Below, one piece after another: positions 12,601 to 27,033 of a DNA stretch of 64,000 bases (position 1 is its first letter; the number at the start of each line of letters is the position of its first letter). Both the position numbers and the translations under genes were made by a program. Under the pieces are notes generated by a model. It was given only the letters and a program-made list of their open reading frames with translations. It searched no databases and was not told the origin of the DNA. Origin of the DNA: Phoronis australis (lineage: Eukaryota > Animalia > Phoronida); assembly GCA_002633005.1 (NCBI GenBank), contig NMRA01000429.1, positions 331,322 through 395,321 on the forward strand. Direction: 5' to 3'.

Positions 12601-13899
12601 TTTTAACCGAATATTATTTATAACTTCATTACATTTGAAATGATTTCAAGCAGAAAAAATTAATGAGTATCAACATTTTAGTGACCATAACGATGTCTGA
12701 CATATTCATATACCATTTTACCCATTTGGCGTTCACAGCAGACCGTGCGTGAGAGGTTACACAGGCACAGGTGATGACACGTATTCCTGTTGCGAGTATC
12801 CGAATCAATTAACCCTCATAGACAAATTTTAAAACTGATATGAATAAATCGTGCATTTTTTATGAAATGTTAAGATTTTGCGCAATTTATATGAGACTCT
12901 TCTGAAATAAGGGTTTGAGACTATATGAACTGAGCGAATCGAATATCATTTTTTTTCACTTTGAAGATGAAAGTCTAAATCACCTGAAAAGCATCCGATG
13001 TGTGCAATACAAAAATTAAAAATATCTATGTCGCACAGTGCGTTTAAAAGTTATCTCTATTTCTTGTAAATTTTGGGTCGCTTTTTGATCGGGTCGGCGG
13101 TTTTGGATGACCGCGGCATAGGTTGCGAGTTTAAAAGTGTTTATGAAGCTAATTTGTTATCGGTGAAGATTACCTACATTGTAGGACAAATTTTTACATG
13201 TAGACAAGCTGCTACTAAAAAGCAGCTTTGTACAATTTCCCGGCATCTGAGCTAAGAATGTACGGAATGTCAATGTGAAGTTCCCATTCACTTGAACTTG
13301 CACTCTGCTATAAAAGCTGACATTGTTTCGAAATCGTTTTTGTTTGAAAGTCAAGTTTTCTTCAAGGTATAAATTAGGTGTCACAATAGGACACGAGTTT
13401 TTTTCTAAATTTATGTATAAATTGTGTATTTGATACATGTTTTGTACCTAATTACTTTCTACTTCAGGTTCAAAGGTTCAAAGCAACGTGAGAAGAACCT
13501 TCATTGGTTTTCTATAAATAGACCGAGTTTAGATTATGAAGTGTATGAAGCTTACACTCGATCCCTCGTCCTCACGGCCTTCATTATGTTATCGTTTTTG
13601 ACAAATTCTACTTTAAGAAGAAACATTCTATATTACACAGTCGTCATGGTAACAGTTATTCATATCCTCTTTTATACTTAATCTCTATATTAAAGAGTCT
13701 TTGGTCGTTTAAGCTATTAAAGCGGCAGCTGTGTTGCCTTGAACCCGTGGTAGTTTGATGTGCTTGAGTATACTCGTTGTCAGTTCAACCTTTGGCACTG
13801 TTGAGTGTAGGGGATACATTTGTTTATTGTCTTGATATTGCTTTAGCGATTAAAGTGAAACATTGAACCTGAAAATCTTTGTAGTTGCGGTGGTTTTAA

Positions 13900-14560
13900 G
13901 TTTCTTCCTATGCTTTGGCCAAAATCTGATTTAACTGATTTTCCAAGAGGGTCACAGGTTTTAATAGTGTCAGTGAATCCTGTTTTAAAAAATTGTCTAC
14001 AGTCCATCAAAACCGAAAGAAGATTTAGACTTGAGATTTCGAATATGTTTCAATACAATATTTTCAGACACGGGGTTGAATTTGAAAGTGTTTTTTGGGA
14101 AGAGTTGAAAAATAATTGGAAATTTCATCAAAAGAATGTCCTGTCTCTGGGGTAGATTTTTCCCTATGCTAACGAAAAAGTGATTAAATGTGTACACAAG
14201 TTCTTTTTGATTGGTAATTGTGTTTGTTGATATTGATAAATTTCGTTGATGTACTTTCTTTTGAAAGGTTGTTTGTTACAGTCGAAATAGTTTCCCACGT
14301 TTTCGTTATGTCGTAAGGTTATTGGTTTTGTGAAATTCTTGTCCACAAACCTTTGTTTTTGCTTGCGTTAATTAGGACATATTTGAGAATGTTGTTATAA
14401 ACGCGTAGCTTGTGTTTATAAACTGAGTAAACGGGCAAGGTAGAAGATGTTCTTTTCAGTTTGTAGTAATTATAGTTTGTCTCTAAATTTTATTGAGAGG
14501 AGTATGACGCGCATCATGCATGTATTCGTTTTGTGCTTAGTTTTGTTGAACTTAACAGTT
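13900..14560 (-). mobile_element. Degraded LINE (CR1/L2-group) ORF2 fragment just upstream of the RT domain
   Basis: FNHFFVSIGKNL...FKFNPVSENIVLKHIRNLKSKSSFGFDGL is typical pre-RT sequence; stops and frameshifts present. Confidence 0.65.
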
Positions 14561-17130
14561 TTAGTTGTTTATCTCGTAGTGAAGTTAAGATGTTAATAAA
14601 TATACATGTATTGTAACATTAAAAACCGGATGTTGTGTAAACTGAAGCCACCCATCCCTTTATTGAACAATAGCAATGATGTGTATAAGGTTGACAGGCT
14701 GAAAGCGCATCACACCTCAAAGAAAAGCAACATAGATAGGCACTGTGTTAGCAACAATCACCAAGCCAATTCAGTTAATCAGTAGAGAACCTAATAAGGA
14801 ATTACTGTACATTAAAGAGTCATTGGCCATTCAGAACCAGCATGCTACGGATTCTCTGAGTAACATGCAGAGCTCAGTGACCCTGCAACTATGGTGATGA
14901 CAGCTAATTAATATTCCCTGTATCTCTTACTTCACTTTACCTGGGCTGTTTTTTTATTTCTGTGGTGATCTTCCAGTTTTTAATTTTACTATGAGCAAAA
15001 ACTGATTTAATGTATTGTAAATATGGTTGGGATCACACAAGGGATACAAGTTTAAAAGATGGTCGAAATTAATAGAATGTAAGTCATTTCTAAAATTTAC
15101 TTAGGACTGGGGGTGCAAGTTTTAGTGGTAGTGTGCTTATGTTTTTGGCATTGCCGTATGTTAACTTATAGATATGAATGATATGAATGTAGGTCAATGA
15201 TCAGAAAGATTGCTAAATAATACGCCACTGTAAAGACTGAGTCAAAGCAGAGGCCTTGATAAAAATGTTGTCGACTAGGGTTCATGAACTTTTGAAGAAT
15301 TGCGTTGGAAATGAATTTTTGGTAAAATGCTTGTTTTTTACATTTGAACGAAGAAGCTGCAATTATTTCGATTGCTCATAATGGAGAACAAGTTAGTATT
15401 AAAAACATCAGCTACTGCAACATTGTCCATATTGATATAATTATCTTAATATAATTATTAGCGTTGGTCGGTTGAACTTTTTAAAGTTATTATCAACACT
15501 CAACTCCACACAGCTATTAATTCGTTAAAACTGTTACTCTCAAATATATAATTAAATAGGTTTACCTGGTCACAAAACGCTCAGTTCGCTCAGTCCTTCT
15601 GTTGCACTTCTTGAAATGATCCTACTGATCAACTTTCGATCGTTTATAGCCGCTGATAAGTTTCGTTTTGGCAATTACGTGCAATGCATATCGCATTTTA
15701 TCAGTTAAAAATTGCGTGATCACTGATTAATATCATTTTAGAGGTGGACGAAATTGACACTTACGAGACTGATTTATGGATAATTAGAGGCTATCGCATC
15801 GTCTTCGATAATTACACCGTACTTGAAACCACGTGGTTTTGATACATCGTTGATATTGAAAATGTCTTATGAAGGACCATTATTTGTAATTACAGACAGG
15901 GAAAATCTAGTCAAATTAACTTCATTAAGACATGTTATACACATCAATTTTGGTCACCTTCAGCATGCTGTTCCCTTTTTCAGTCCTGCCATTAAATACT
16001 TACGCTAATTGCATTGAGATTATGTCAGGAGCTCCCAAGTAGTGGTGAATAAAAACTTTCGGTAGCGCCGGAACTAATCGTAGTTCATGGCGTCATCTTG
16101 AAGAGCAGTGATTTGATTTGATTTGTTTGACAATACACGTGAACAGAAACACTGAAGAATACATATTACTTTTATATATGTATTTTTACATAAATCTCCA
16201 CAGGCCCAGTAGTACATTACAAACATGAACTTGCTATATAATAACATTTCTTGAAATTTCAACCAGAATCTTGTAAAACAACAAGTGCACAGAGGTACCG
16301 TCATTATTGATAATACGATGAAAAGCGAAGCCTTGTTGTGAGAGCACGCGTAGAAATGTCTAAAGGTGAACAACTATGTTCACAATTGTCGCATCACGTC
16401 CCTGGACCTTGCAGTCATTCGATTAAGCTTTACAAGAAAGAACACAATGCAAAACGCCAAACGCACTAGAGAGCTTTTCAAAAGATCTGTCTTAACCAGT
16501 CATCATTGCTTCGAAGGAAATCGCGTGCCAGGATTTTTCATGTATTTTTTTAAATATTTATTTGCGTTTAGAGTTAGAAGTAACACTGATACTGCTATTT
16601 TTAGCAATTTTACTCCAAGGCATTTTAAAAATTGATAAAAGTTGAACACGAAGCTTGCACAGACGAACCTCGTTACAGCGTACATAAAGAAATTTGTTGG
16701 TTATAAATACAGTCATTTTCAACTCAATCCTTAATAGACCAACACAGGAAAAATCTAGACTTTAATTTGTGTATTTTAGATCTCTGTAAATCCTATAAAC
16801 AAGGTAGTAAAATTTATATTGTAACGAGGTTTGACTGTATAGTGCAAGTGTTTCGAACATATCTTGACTTACTAACACTCACAAAATGTAATACAGGGGT
16901 TTTGGGGCACTTTTTGAAGTCATTTTTGATGTTTCATAGCTTGTATACTTTGATTGACCAACAAAACACCTTTAAAGTGGTTACAGAAACGATATGAATT
17001 TGTTTGCTAGTGGAGTATGGAAAGCCTTAGTTGAAACAATTCCAGGACACGTAGTTCTCTTCAAGAATTAAAATCGCTGCAGGACCATAAAACCAACTAA
17101 AAATCAGTATATATCACGCTCGGACCTATG

Positions 17131-17636
17131 CAGGCCTATGGACCAAAATTCAACACGTCATGACATAAAATTTATCATGACAGAACAGGAGATCTATCAT
17201 GCTAGGACAGAAAAATTTCGTGCTAGGAGATCACGTGACCATCCTACATGTATATCCGAGAATAATGACGATTTGTTGTCACAGTCTCTTTGCGGTAGTA
17301 TTGAAATCTAATGTCCAAAAGGCCAAGTGTATATTGGCTTTTAAAGCATCCAAGAGTCAAAAGAAATCTAATCTCATTACCACGATAATATGACTATCAT
17401 TGGCAAGTTATATTTGAACTTTTTGCCCATGTGTACTTATAGTAGCGACGTTATCACGTTGAGGGGCCAACGCTTGTGGATGGTCACGTGCTCTCCTTGC
17501 ACGAAAACTTTTTGGCGTGATAAATTTTCGGTACTGGCGTGTTAATCTCTGATTCTGCAGTGTTAAATTGTCAATCCTGACGTGATAAATTATAGGTCCT
17601 GACGTGACAGTAAATTTTGGCCTTGATCAAGCCTGT
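17131..17636. mobile_element. MITE-like element with imperfect TIRs and internal ~20-bp subrepeats
   Basis: caggcct...ccaaaatt...acgtca versus tgacgtg...aattttggcc...aagcctg; repeated (g/a)cgtgataaat units at 17515-17610. Confidence 0.45.
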
Positions 17637-18259
17637 GATCATGTAGACTGAATTGTTGTATCCCATTATGTGTTATCAATACCAGCTTAATTTTCGAATA
17701 GCACTGATTCTAATTGATTCACGTGTACGCTATTGCATTCATTAGGAATGAAAAGAGACAATTGCACGATAATTTCTAATTTAGTGTCCATTAAATAAGA
17801 CCCCCTAGTATGTTGTAATCGAACAACTTGCGTTTCCGTTTATGCTAAGATCGTCGAAAAAGCAGGTGGGTACTGCGAGTAAATGATCTCTGAAAAAGGA
17901 AACTATAAACGCACAACTCTGGCTTGGCAGAACCATTAGTCGAACTACCGTCTTTGATTAGAGCTGGCGACCCTGAGAGTAACTGCGAGAGGTTGTATTG
18001 AGAATTTGCGGTTGTCTGATAGACTGAGTTTTAATCGTGCGTTGTAGAAATTAAAACAAGTCTAATTCCATTGCTTCATTTTCATTTTGTCATTTTTGTT
18101 CATCAAGCGTGATTATTGAGGTAGGCCTACGTTTCCGGACAACCAGCGATTTCCCGCCAAAATTCACCAACAAACCCCCAATAAACATTGGTCGTTCCTT
18201 TTGCCCTGGCTGGATGCCGTAAATAGTCAAAGATAAAGAGGAAAACGAGAGAAATGAAA

Positions 18260-18660
18260 TTGCCACCAGGGGTCTCAGCGTTAGTCAGATGCTTTCATAA
18301 GTCATCATCATCCATTGTCATCTTCCTTCAAATACAAATTTAGAAAGATCCTGCAGAGGGTTTAGGAGATAAATACAAGAACACAAAAAACTGCCACCAT
18401 AATGTGCTACAGTAGTCCCAGACGTCAGAAAAATCATCGCCAACCGCTCTATTCCCAGTAGGAACATATTTGCCACTTTTCATAAACATCCTTAGAGTGG
18501 TTTGAATGATAGAGAGGCGGACTCAAAAATGAGCAAAACGGCCACTGGGTGGCGTGCGCATCGCCAAATCCATCTGAAAACGAAAAGGTGTCATCGCCCC
18601 TTTAAAAGAAACCTATTTGCCAAATTTCATAAAAATCCGTAGAGGAACTCCTAAGATACA
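18260..18660 (-). mobile_element. Partial HINE/DINE-like element (internal repeat units only)
   Basis: Units homologous to those in 60398-61642 (gccac..g motif, catccttagagtggtttg, gatagag..gcggac). Confidence 0.55.
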
Positions 18661-19541
18661 TATATCTTAAAAATAAATGTGTTTAGGAAAGTAAAGCGAC
18701 GCCGTTGTAATACCTTCATTACTGCCTGGGTTGTGTTGGTGTTGTATGATTTGGATTTCATATGGCAAAGTCAGTCGTTTTTATTCATTAGAGTTTAAAA
18801 AACTGATTAATTCCATTCTCTCACTCCCCATTTAGTTCGCAATACTGTCATAAAACTTGACGTACGCCATTTTTCATTTTAGCGAGAGCTAAATTGGCCC
18901 AAAGCAGAATTTTTACTCCTATTTTAATCGATTAAAAAGTTTGAAAATACTAGCTATAGTCAGTGAAACCTACCAAACTTATCATGCACACCTTCCACAT
19001 ACCCCAGTCCCTGGATGTCGTTGTACCTCAATGTGCTTATTGCAAGCAAGGTTTTGTTGTATGACAAAACACGTGCGCAAAACAAAAAGATATAATCACT
19101 GACGGTCTGTGAACATAACCATACACGGGAATGATACAGGGTCTAAAACCGAAACGTAAATCATTTTCATTTGTTTATTTTTTCTACGCAATCCAGGTAT
19201 AGCAACAGCAATGTGTTCCATAGAGACAAGAATCTTGTGGAAACGGAATGTCTCGCAACTACACAAAACTGATCTTGCTCTCGGTGGTATTTTTGAAACT
19301 GGACTCTGGAACCGGGTATGAAGCCATGTGCAGGGATATAGGCGGACACTAGAAAGACTGGGGAGTTTATTCTTCAGCTCGCTTTTTCCTATCAAACACA
19401 TTTCGCCGGCGGGTCAAAACTCGATGGCTCATGTATTGTCAAAACTAAATTGTATTGAATTAAATCAAATTTAAAAGATATTTGGTCATGAAAGTAAAAC
19501 GATGCCCTGAAAGCTGTAACCGAAGTATGAAACGTTTTTAA

Positions 19542-21290
19542 GGGAGAATGCCACCCGATTTAATTAGCCTTTTTTGCCGTCTTAATCAGTCTATATCCAC
19601 ATCGCCTCGCATACGGTCGACCTTACCTTGCCAAGAGGTGTCGCGTTAACCGGTGAGGAAGGTGAGAAACGACGCTAGCAACGTCAGTGGTTCATATGCA
19701 GAGTGAATGCCGCTATGTTGCTGTGCATCGTTCCCGCTTGTCTGGACTAAGCAGCTGCGAGGAAAGCGGGTATGTCGGTTTTTTTTTACTTCCTTGAGAG
19801 TCCGAAATGCTTAGGAAGTGGCTCATTGTAGCGAAGAATGAAATGTGCGATGTACATGTAAATAGCAAGTGTGAGGCCGGGAAACAGCTCCGTGTCTGTG
19901 GCCTCAGTGAAGACGTCGCCAGTGCCTGACAAATGCCTGCTTACTAAATAACTCCATACGTTCCGTTGTCTGAGCTTGTATTTCTTCATCACTGTATTCC
20001 TGTTCGAATTGATAGCCTGTAAAACTTAACGATCCACCTGCGAAGTCGGGATTGATGAGCTCTAGCTCGTTCTAAATCGGGATTGCGAGTTGCCATGTTG
20101 GCGTTAATTACTCAGCGTTCTGTTTCAAAATGAATTATTCTCACCCTAACCAATACTTAAATAAAACTGAAACAAAGTCTGTCTCATTAGATGCAATTTG
20201 TAATGCCTTTGGAGTGTTCGTGAGTGCAAATGATTTGAGAAGCCAACAATGAATAAATCACTGCATTACCGGCTTTAGGTGAAATAAAACTAATTGACGG
20301 GACACCTAGGACGTATGACCTCATGGTAATTTAGTGTTTGGTGGCAGAAACTGTTGTGATTTCCATCCCACGGCCAGGTGTTAAGGGAATGTTTATTTAC
20401 ATTTACATTACTCAAATAATGATTGTATTGTCAATGTACAACTTCTGCCCTGACGGTGCTGTGGCCAAAGCGGAAGCTCAGTGAATTCGCGGCCCCCCGA
20501 ACATGAAGAGTAAGTAGATTTGCAGGTTCGTGGCTAATTCACCAACATAATCAGGTGCACATTACTTTGGCTCACTAGTATAGTATTTTCTTGACTGGAA
20601 GTTTAGTTTCCACTGAACTTTGGCTGGTTTATATTCGTGATGTCTGATCAGTTTCCGAGCCACTGGCCNNNNNNNNNNNNNNNNNNNNNNNNNNNNNNNN
20701 NNNNNNNNNNNNNNNNNNNNNNNNNNNNNNNNNNNNNNNNNNNNATCGGATACTTCGAGTCAATTCGGTCGGCCGCCGACGGGCCTGCTGATCCGGCTCC
20801 GAGCCACTGGCCAGGCTAACAAGCGTTTTCTGTGTTTAGAACTCAAAAAAAGTATAAACAACACAGATCTAGGTTGTCCTGTCTGTATCTCACGGAAAAT
20901 ACTTCAAAATTATCTCCGAACAGACCCCAAACTCCCGTCCTGCTACGGACCTTACTGCCCTGCCGAACTTTGTAGGCTACGGTGTAATCCGTAAGAGCGA
21001 AATCAAACAACACGTTTTTATAAGAACTCGGTGTATTTTTAAGGGTTTTACATCGAAGTTTGATGATTTATTGGTGTAAAACGATGACTTCAAGCGATAA
21101 GCTGACACTAGTAACCCGTGTTGTGAACTGCTGAACAAACTGCGTGTGAAACCGATGAAGCCATTGGATAATTTCAACACCTCCGTCTGCCGTCAGGTGT
21201 CAGGTAACGCAACTGTACGTGTGGTTATGGAGTAGAATTACTCGATCTAAATTGATACAAATTAGGTTGTTTTTTGGGTGGCATGCTCAT
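19542..21290 (+). mobile_element. Kolobok-like DNA transposon derivative, copy 2 (both ends present)
   Basis: Left end TTAA|GGGAGAATGCCACCC. Right end GGGTGGCATGCTCATATAA matches the expected inverse at 15 of 19 positions. Homologous to 3272-4759. THAP remnant is interrupted by stops. Internal N gap. Confidence 0.65.
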
Positions 21291-24200
21291 ATAATGTTTT
21301 CGAGGGAAGTTTACAGCTGAACGACGCAATACCTATCAACTTTGGTGTCATTCATGTAAGTGGTCCTGCGGGAACTTATGTGTAATTTCACTGATCGTGA
21401 CGTCGGAGTTACAACTGCTGAAGACAAAAAATTACAAATTCAACCGTGGCATTGAAGTGCAGCAGCCCCTGAGATACCAACGTCAATACACCATCCAGAT
21501 CAACAAACCCGTCTTTTGGAAACTCTGAATACCGAAAAAGTGCTCTAAATGGGAATCGTGACATATGTGACCTAGTATTGAAGAGACCGTAGAGATCTTC
21601 ATGGGAACTACATGAATGGAGTATTTTCACAAAACTGAACTGCATGGGGGCTACGACGAAGTCAGATACAGGTCGTTCGTCAGTCTTGATTCGTAGACAG
21701 AGGTTTGTCTCAGTGGTCATGGTCTCTCAAAATTTGACGGATAGTTTAGTGTTTCTGTTTCATGTCCGTCAACTTTCAGCGTCATTTATTTCGATTTAGC
21801 ACAACTTGTACTGCTTTCCACTATCAGGCTCTTCCTGCCCGGCTATGCCGTGATTGACGCGAACACTACCGATCGTAGCATGAGAATATCCATAGGCGAA
21901 AGTGACATGTAAAGTGTTGCTATAAATCTGTCTAAATAGTAAACACGTACAACTGCATGTGCGAGTTTTCTATTTCACCTGCTGAAACGAGCCCTAAAAG
22001 CAAAATTGACATCAGCAGCAATTTTGTGCGCCGAAACCCAAATTTTGACGTTTTCCAGTTTATTTTAGAAACTCCGTATGCTAGTCTTTGCACCTTTGCA
22101 CAGTATGTTGTATTGTAATACGTTGGTATGCTTGAGAACATAAAAATAGACCTATCCATGCAGATGTTGTTGTTGTAGCAACGTTACATATTGTGCGTAT
22201 TAATCAATATCTTTAAAACCCATCCACAGACCATTTTCGCTCTAACGTCCATAAGGTCCACCTACACAAATATAAAAATATGACTTGTTTTGTGTGACTA
22301 GCTTTCCGCACCCAAAAAATTGTGCTCATAACTCGATGATTACGCTTTGTTTTGTATAAAACTGAAGTCACAAAAAGCCAAACATTTTACAAAACCCTTG
22401 AAAAGGTCAAACCAAATATTGTTTTATGCACTACTTATTTTTAAAAGATTGCTGATGTGTTCAGAGTAGTCTCAACAACCGAAACAAAATAGCTTTTTTT
22501 ATAATGAACAGGTAAGACAACTATTCCAAGATTAAGGAGACCACGCCCTGCTTCACTAGAGAACGCTTGCTTCCCAACAAGTTTCTGTAAAGGGAAAACA
22601 CAGTTATTTTTTATCCTGTCAGCATGTTTACTTAGCCACAAAAATATATTCCAAGTTAAAGCATTGGACGTGGTCTGTTTAAACTTAGAAATAGGTAGAA
22701 ACAATCACAAAATTTGGTGAGAGAGAGCGAGTATCAAGAATAAAAACAAATCCTTATACAACGTACCGTAACACTTTTCAGGCTGTTAAGCTACTTGTTG
22801 TGGATTTGTTCGACCATTGTCTCCGATGTCACATGTGGCAGTATTTTTTGACAGAAGACGTCATATGCCGTGACGCGTGCAGTAAAAATGTCCAGTTACT
22901 AATTTGGGAAACTGAAAGTAGTACTTACTGCTAAAAACTGATTGATTATGGGAGTATGGGTCCGAGTTGAAAGGAAATAAAGACATCACGACGGCTTCCT
23001 AAGGTCTCCCTCTATGTGAAAAAGTTACTTGTAGCAACATGGCTTTGATGGTTCAATCAGTGTGAAGCATAATTACCCTAAAAGCTTACGACGCATGAGA
23101 GCCCCAGAGGAGCTGGACCGTCCCAACTGCCAAGTAGATACGGTGGCACTACCTGTTCTCGTGCCTGTAGTACACCTTACTGTAGATTCCCTAATTTGGC
23201 CTTGAAAGACTGCGAAACATGGTTTGATAGCATTTTTCACGCATTTCTTGGTGGAATTAAACAAAAATCAACAGAAAGATATTAAAATGTGTTCATTTTT
23301 ACTTCTAGTAATAATTGCTCAAAGTACTTAATTCGGACCAATAGTCGATCAATAAATGTTGGCTGTGGTATAGATTTACGACCAGATAGTTGACTTGGCT
23401 TGTGGGATAACTGGCCGGCGAGTTTTTAGGTATGATTTTGCCTAAGAGTTTTTCAGGTATGTGTAAACATTTTTACTGTTTTCAATTGTTTCTATAATGG
23501 TCCATTTGTACAAATTCGTAAAACTGAAAATTTCTGAGCAGTGAATGTTATCTATAGTATTTGCCGTGAAATGAAATTTACCAAATGAAAATTTAATTTT
23601 GTAAAAGAATCCAATGTAATACTTTGTGTTGCTGACAGCGTACACTGTAGTTGCCGATTATCCCATTCTTGGCGGCCTATGTCATTATTTTCCTTTTTTG
23701 CCGCCATCCCTCCACACTATCAAAATGTCCCGCTGTTTGACAAATTGAAATCATACTATTGTGAATTCCCACGAGGCATAACCTTATTTTCCCGTTCGAC
23801 GAAAAAGACAAAACGGTGGTTTTATGGGATTTTGAGGCACCGGTGACCAGCAATTTCTCATTTGACCCAAAAAATCAAAAATACCCGTCGGTACTTTTGA
23901 GTGTTACATGTACTGTACGTCTCCCGTTCTACAAAAAAATGCTGTCTTGAAGTTTTTATGTGGTGCAGCGAACATTTCCCCTCAGATGTCCTGCTTTTTA
24001 TCCGGAAACCCCGCTTTTCAATTCGGTTGTCCTATTTTTTCTCTCTCTCTCAAATGTTGGCAACTATGCAACGGTGGTCAAAACAACATTGTCTCTTAGT
24101 CGTGAGCATTGTTATTTTCCAAATTCAACTTTCTTTAGTAACCTAAGAATGGAAAAAATGTGTTCCAATGTCTCTTGTTTAGGGTAGCATGCACCTCATG

Positions 24201-25382
24201 TATCAGGATGATCAGTAACTTTTAATTTCATAATGGAAAGTCTTACAACGCAACCTGTGTAGTGATCTATCCACAGTACACTTCAATGCTACACCGAATA
24301 GATGTTTGCTCGTTTATTATTTTTTTCAGAAACTCAAAAGCCTTTGTCTGCAAATTTTGAGTAAGTAGTTGGAGTAATTCATCACATTTTTGTAAATGTC
24401 ACTGGCCTCGTCTGAATTTTTATTAAAGAAACGTATCAAAAGGCACCAAAGGTCCAAGTAACAGATTAAGATGTTTAATTTTGAATGAATGTCTAACAGC
24501 AATGACTGCGAGGGATCCATATTCTAAAATATTTGTCTGGATAGGGTAGAAATGATTTGAATCGAAATTATTTACCTGCTAGTTAGTTATTTACAAAGCA
24601 TCCTCGTTCAGTTTCCTGCTATTACATCTTATCATTTTCGAAGTTTGGTAACATTATTGGTTTTTAGAATTGAAAAATGATTTTTAAACTTGTCAGGTAT
24701 GCGAAATGTGGTTTTATATTACCGTATTTATTGTTTGCCTCCTGTATAACCATAAGAACTGATGAAGGGGTTTGTAATGATATTGAATATGACTCTTATC
24801 TAATTTGAACGGCGGAGTTGCGAAAAGTTTTTGTGGCAGTAAATTTCACAGAAATATGTAACCACTGACACACGAACAAACGAATGCAAACAAAAGCCAC
24901 CGCCTCCCAGTGTCTCAATAACTTTTTACAGTCGCCACGTTTAACAAGCTAACGACTGAGGTATGACATATGTGACGTATTTTAATTTGAAAATGAGATC
25001 CGTCCTTCCCGGCGTCGTCCGCGGCTTTTCTTGACAAAAATCTCTGTCAATAAAGTACATGTATGTCAAGCCTCAACTGGTTCAAATAACGATTATATTT
25101 GACACGATATTCGGCGAGAAATAATCTGTGCGCTGCAAAGTGGCTAATGTCTAGTCGGATGACTCAGTAGGTCTCATTTGCAATATGAAAATAATCAATC
25201 AAATCTTGAGTTCATTGCATGTTTCAGATAACTCAGCTCGGTTACGTTTTACCACCCGTTCGAATAGTTTAATCCTGTCGGACCAGCTCCGATACCACGT
25301 AGCAAGGGAACTTAAATAGTCACGAGAGGCCCGAGGTCGCGTTTGCGAACTTGTACACAGCGTAGAGTTCAGTAACGCAAAG

Positions 25383-27033
25383 ACCCGGGCCCGGTCTCCA
25401 ATCTCCGTACTCAGACTCGAATCATGCTCAAACTCACACTTCATACTCAACTCGAGTACAGACTCAGCTTTGGTGTATTCAATGTCATACTCGAAAAATC
25501 TGTACTCGAAATTTCGAGCACGTACTCAGTTTTCGAGTGTACTCGAACTGCAGTGTATCTCATCTATATTTCGAGTACGATTTTGAGTAAAAATTCGGAG
25601 TCTATGCTCAAATTTCAAGTTTGGTATGGCAGTGTGCTTGAAATCGTACTCGAAAATAAATACGAGCGAGAGAACAAAATATCGAATGGGAACCAAGAAA
25701 CGCAGCAAATCTAAAAAAATAAGTCCTCTTACCGTATCTCNTTCAAAATGGCGGTGTTTCTTCGGGTGCGAATCGTGAGTGGCGCGTTCATTTAAACTGC
25801 TTTCGAGTACGGATCGTGTATTAGTTATGGGGTAGGTACTTTTTGGATCCTTATAACATCTTCTAACCATGTAATAAGTGTTAACAACGCGTGAGAGAAG
25901 GACTTTAATGGTGTGCTTTCTTTTGTTAAGAGGTAAGTTTGTGCGGATATAGGCAATGACCATCGCCTCTGTTGGCCCGAAGCAGAGGCGATGTAGAGGC
26001 TATAGGCGCTCTGTACGCCGGAAGCTTTTCGGCGAATTATGCCTCGCACCGACTAAACCACCAAAGTCACGTTGTTACAACTACCTTTTGCGCATAGAGG
26101 AACACCTTAGGAGGTTGTCGGTATGTTTAATTCCTTTCAACTCGAACAAATACTCCCGTTATGAAACTTTTTCTTCGAGCAGTCCCTATTTCAGTTCCCA
26201 AAATCGTGAACTCAACTTTTTTATACTGCGCACGCTCCAATTCATGACCTCAATCTTTAAATAGGCTAAAGGTGAGCCATTGCGGTCTTGGCAGTCAAAT
26301 GTTCGTTTCCAAAATGCCACCACTTATACTTGTCTTTAATTGGCNCCTATTTCAGTTCCCAAAATCGTGAACTCACCATTTTTATACTGCGCACGCTCCA
26401 ATTCATGACCTCAATCTTTAAGTAGACCAAAGGTGAGCCATTGCGGTCTTGTCAGTCAAATGTTCATTTCCAAAATGCCACCACTTATACTTGTCTTTAA
26501 TTGGCGTTACTTGAAACTGATTGTATTTCAATGAATCATTGATTGCATTTTAAGTTGATAAAAATAAATGCTGTTGATATGACATTTAATAGTCTTTTTG
26601 CACATATTTGACATTTTAATGTTTAACAACGCGGCAAATGCACGGCTGGTTCCCGGCAGCACGTACGCGAAGGGCGGGAACTTCAGCTTTCAAAGTTCGC
26701 CGGTAGGTCCACAACTTCTAACCTTCGGCCTGGTTAAAAAAATGAAAAAGTTGATTTCACGATTTTGGGAACTGAAATAGGGACTGCTCGAAGAAAAAGT
26801 TTCATAACGAGAGTATTTGTTCGAGTTGAAAGGAATTAAAGTCCTTGTCTCACGCGTTGCTAACCCTTATTACATGGTTAGAAGATGTTATAAGGATCCA
26901 AGAAGTACCTACCCCATAACCAATACACGATCCGTACTCGAAAACAGTTTAANCCAGTGAGCACGATTTTGAGTATGAAATCTCGAGTATGAGTATGAGT
27001 CTGAGTACGGAGATTGGAGACCGGGCCCCGGTC
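25383..27033. mobile_element. Outer foldback element hosting the TAGG element
   Basis: accc gggcccggtctccaatctccgtactcagactc (25383-25418) is inverted at 26997-27033, and 25790-25908 is inverted at 26835-26952. Many actcga/tcgagt subrepeats. Confidence 0.55.
25950..26840. mobile_element. Long-TIR non-autonomous DNA transposon (TAGGCAATG terminus), copy A; right TIR truncated
   Basis: Near-identical to 27642-28541. Internal duplication across the single N at 26345. Confidence 0.75.

Noticed and set aside
21409-22030. Possible signal-peptide exon (MSILLLGLVSAG) and the downstream 103-aa ORF on the minus strand
   Set aside because: No consistent spliced frame (stops intervene) and no recognisable domain; a decayed gene cannot be excluded.
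19096-23264. Weak exon-like ORFs at 19167-19349 (GSRVQFQ, Sushi-like) and 23073-23264
   Set aside because: They lack the conserved Cys/Trp pattern and partner exons; not supportable.
5280-24905. Inverted match between about 5290-5385 and 24800-24900 as the ends of a giant element
   Set aside because: Short, diverged and without a TSD; better explained as two copies of a dispersed repeat.
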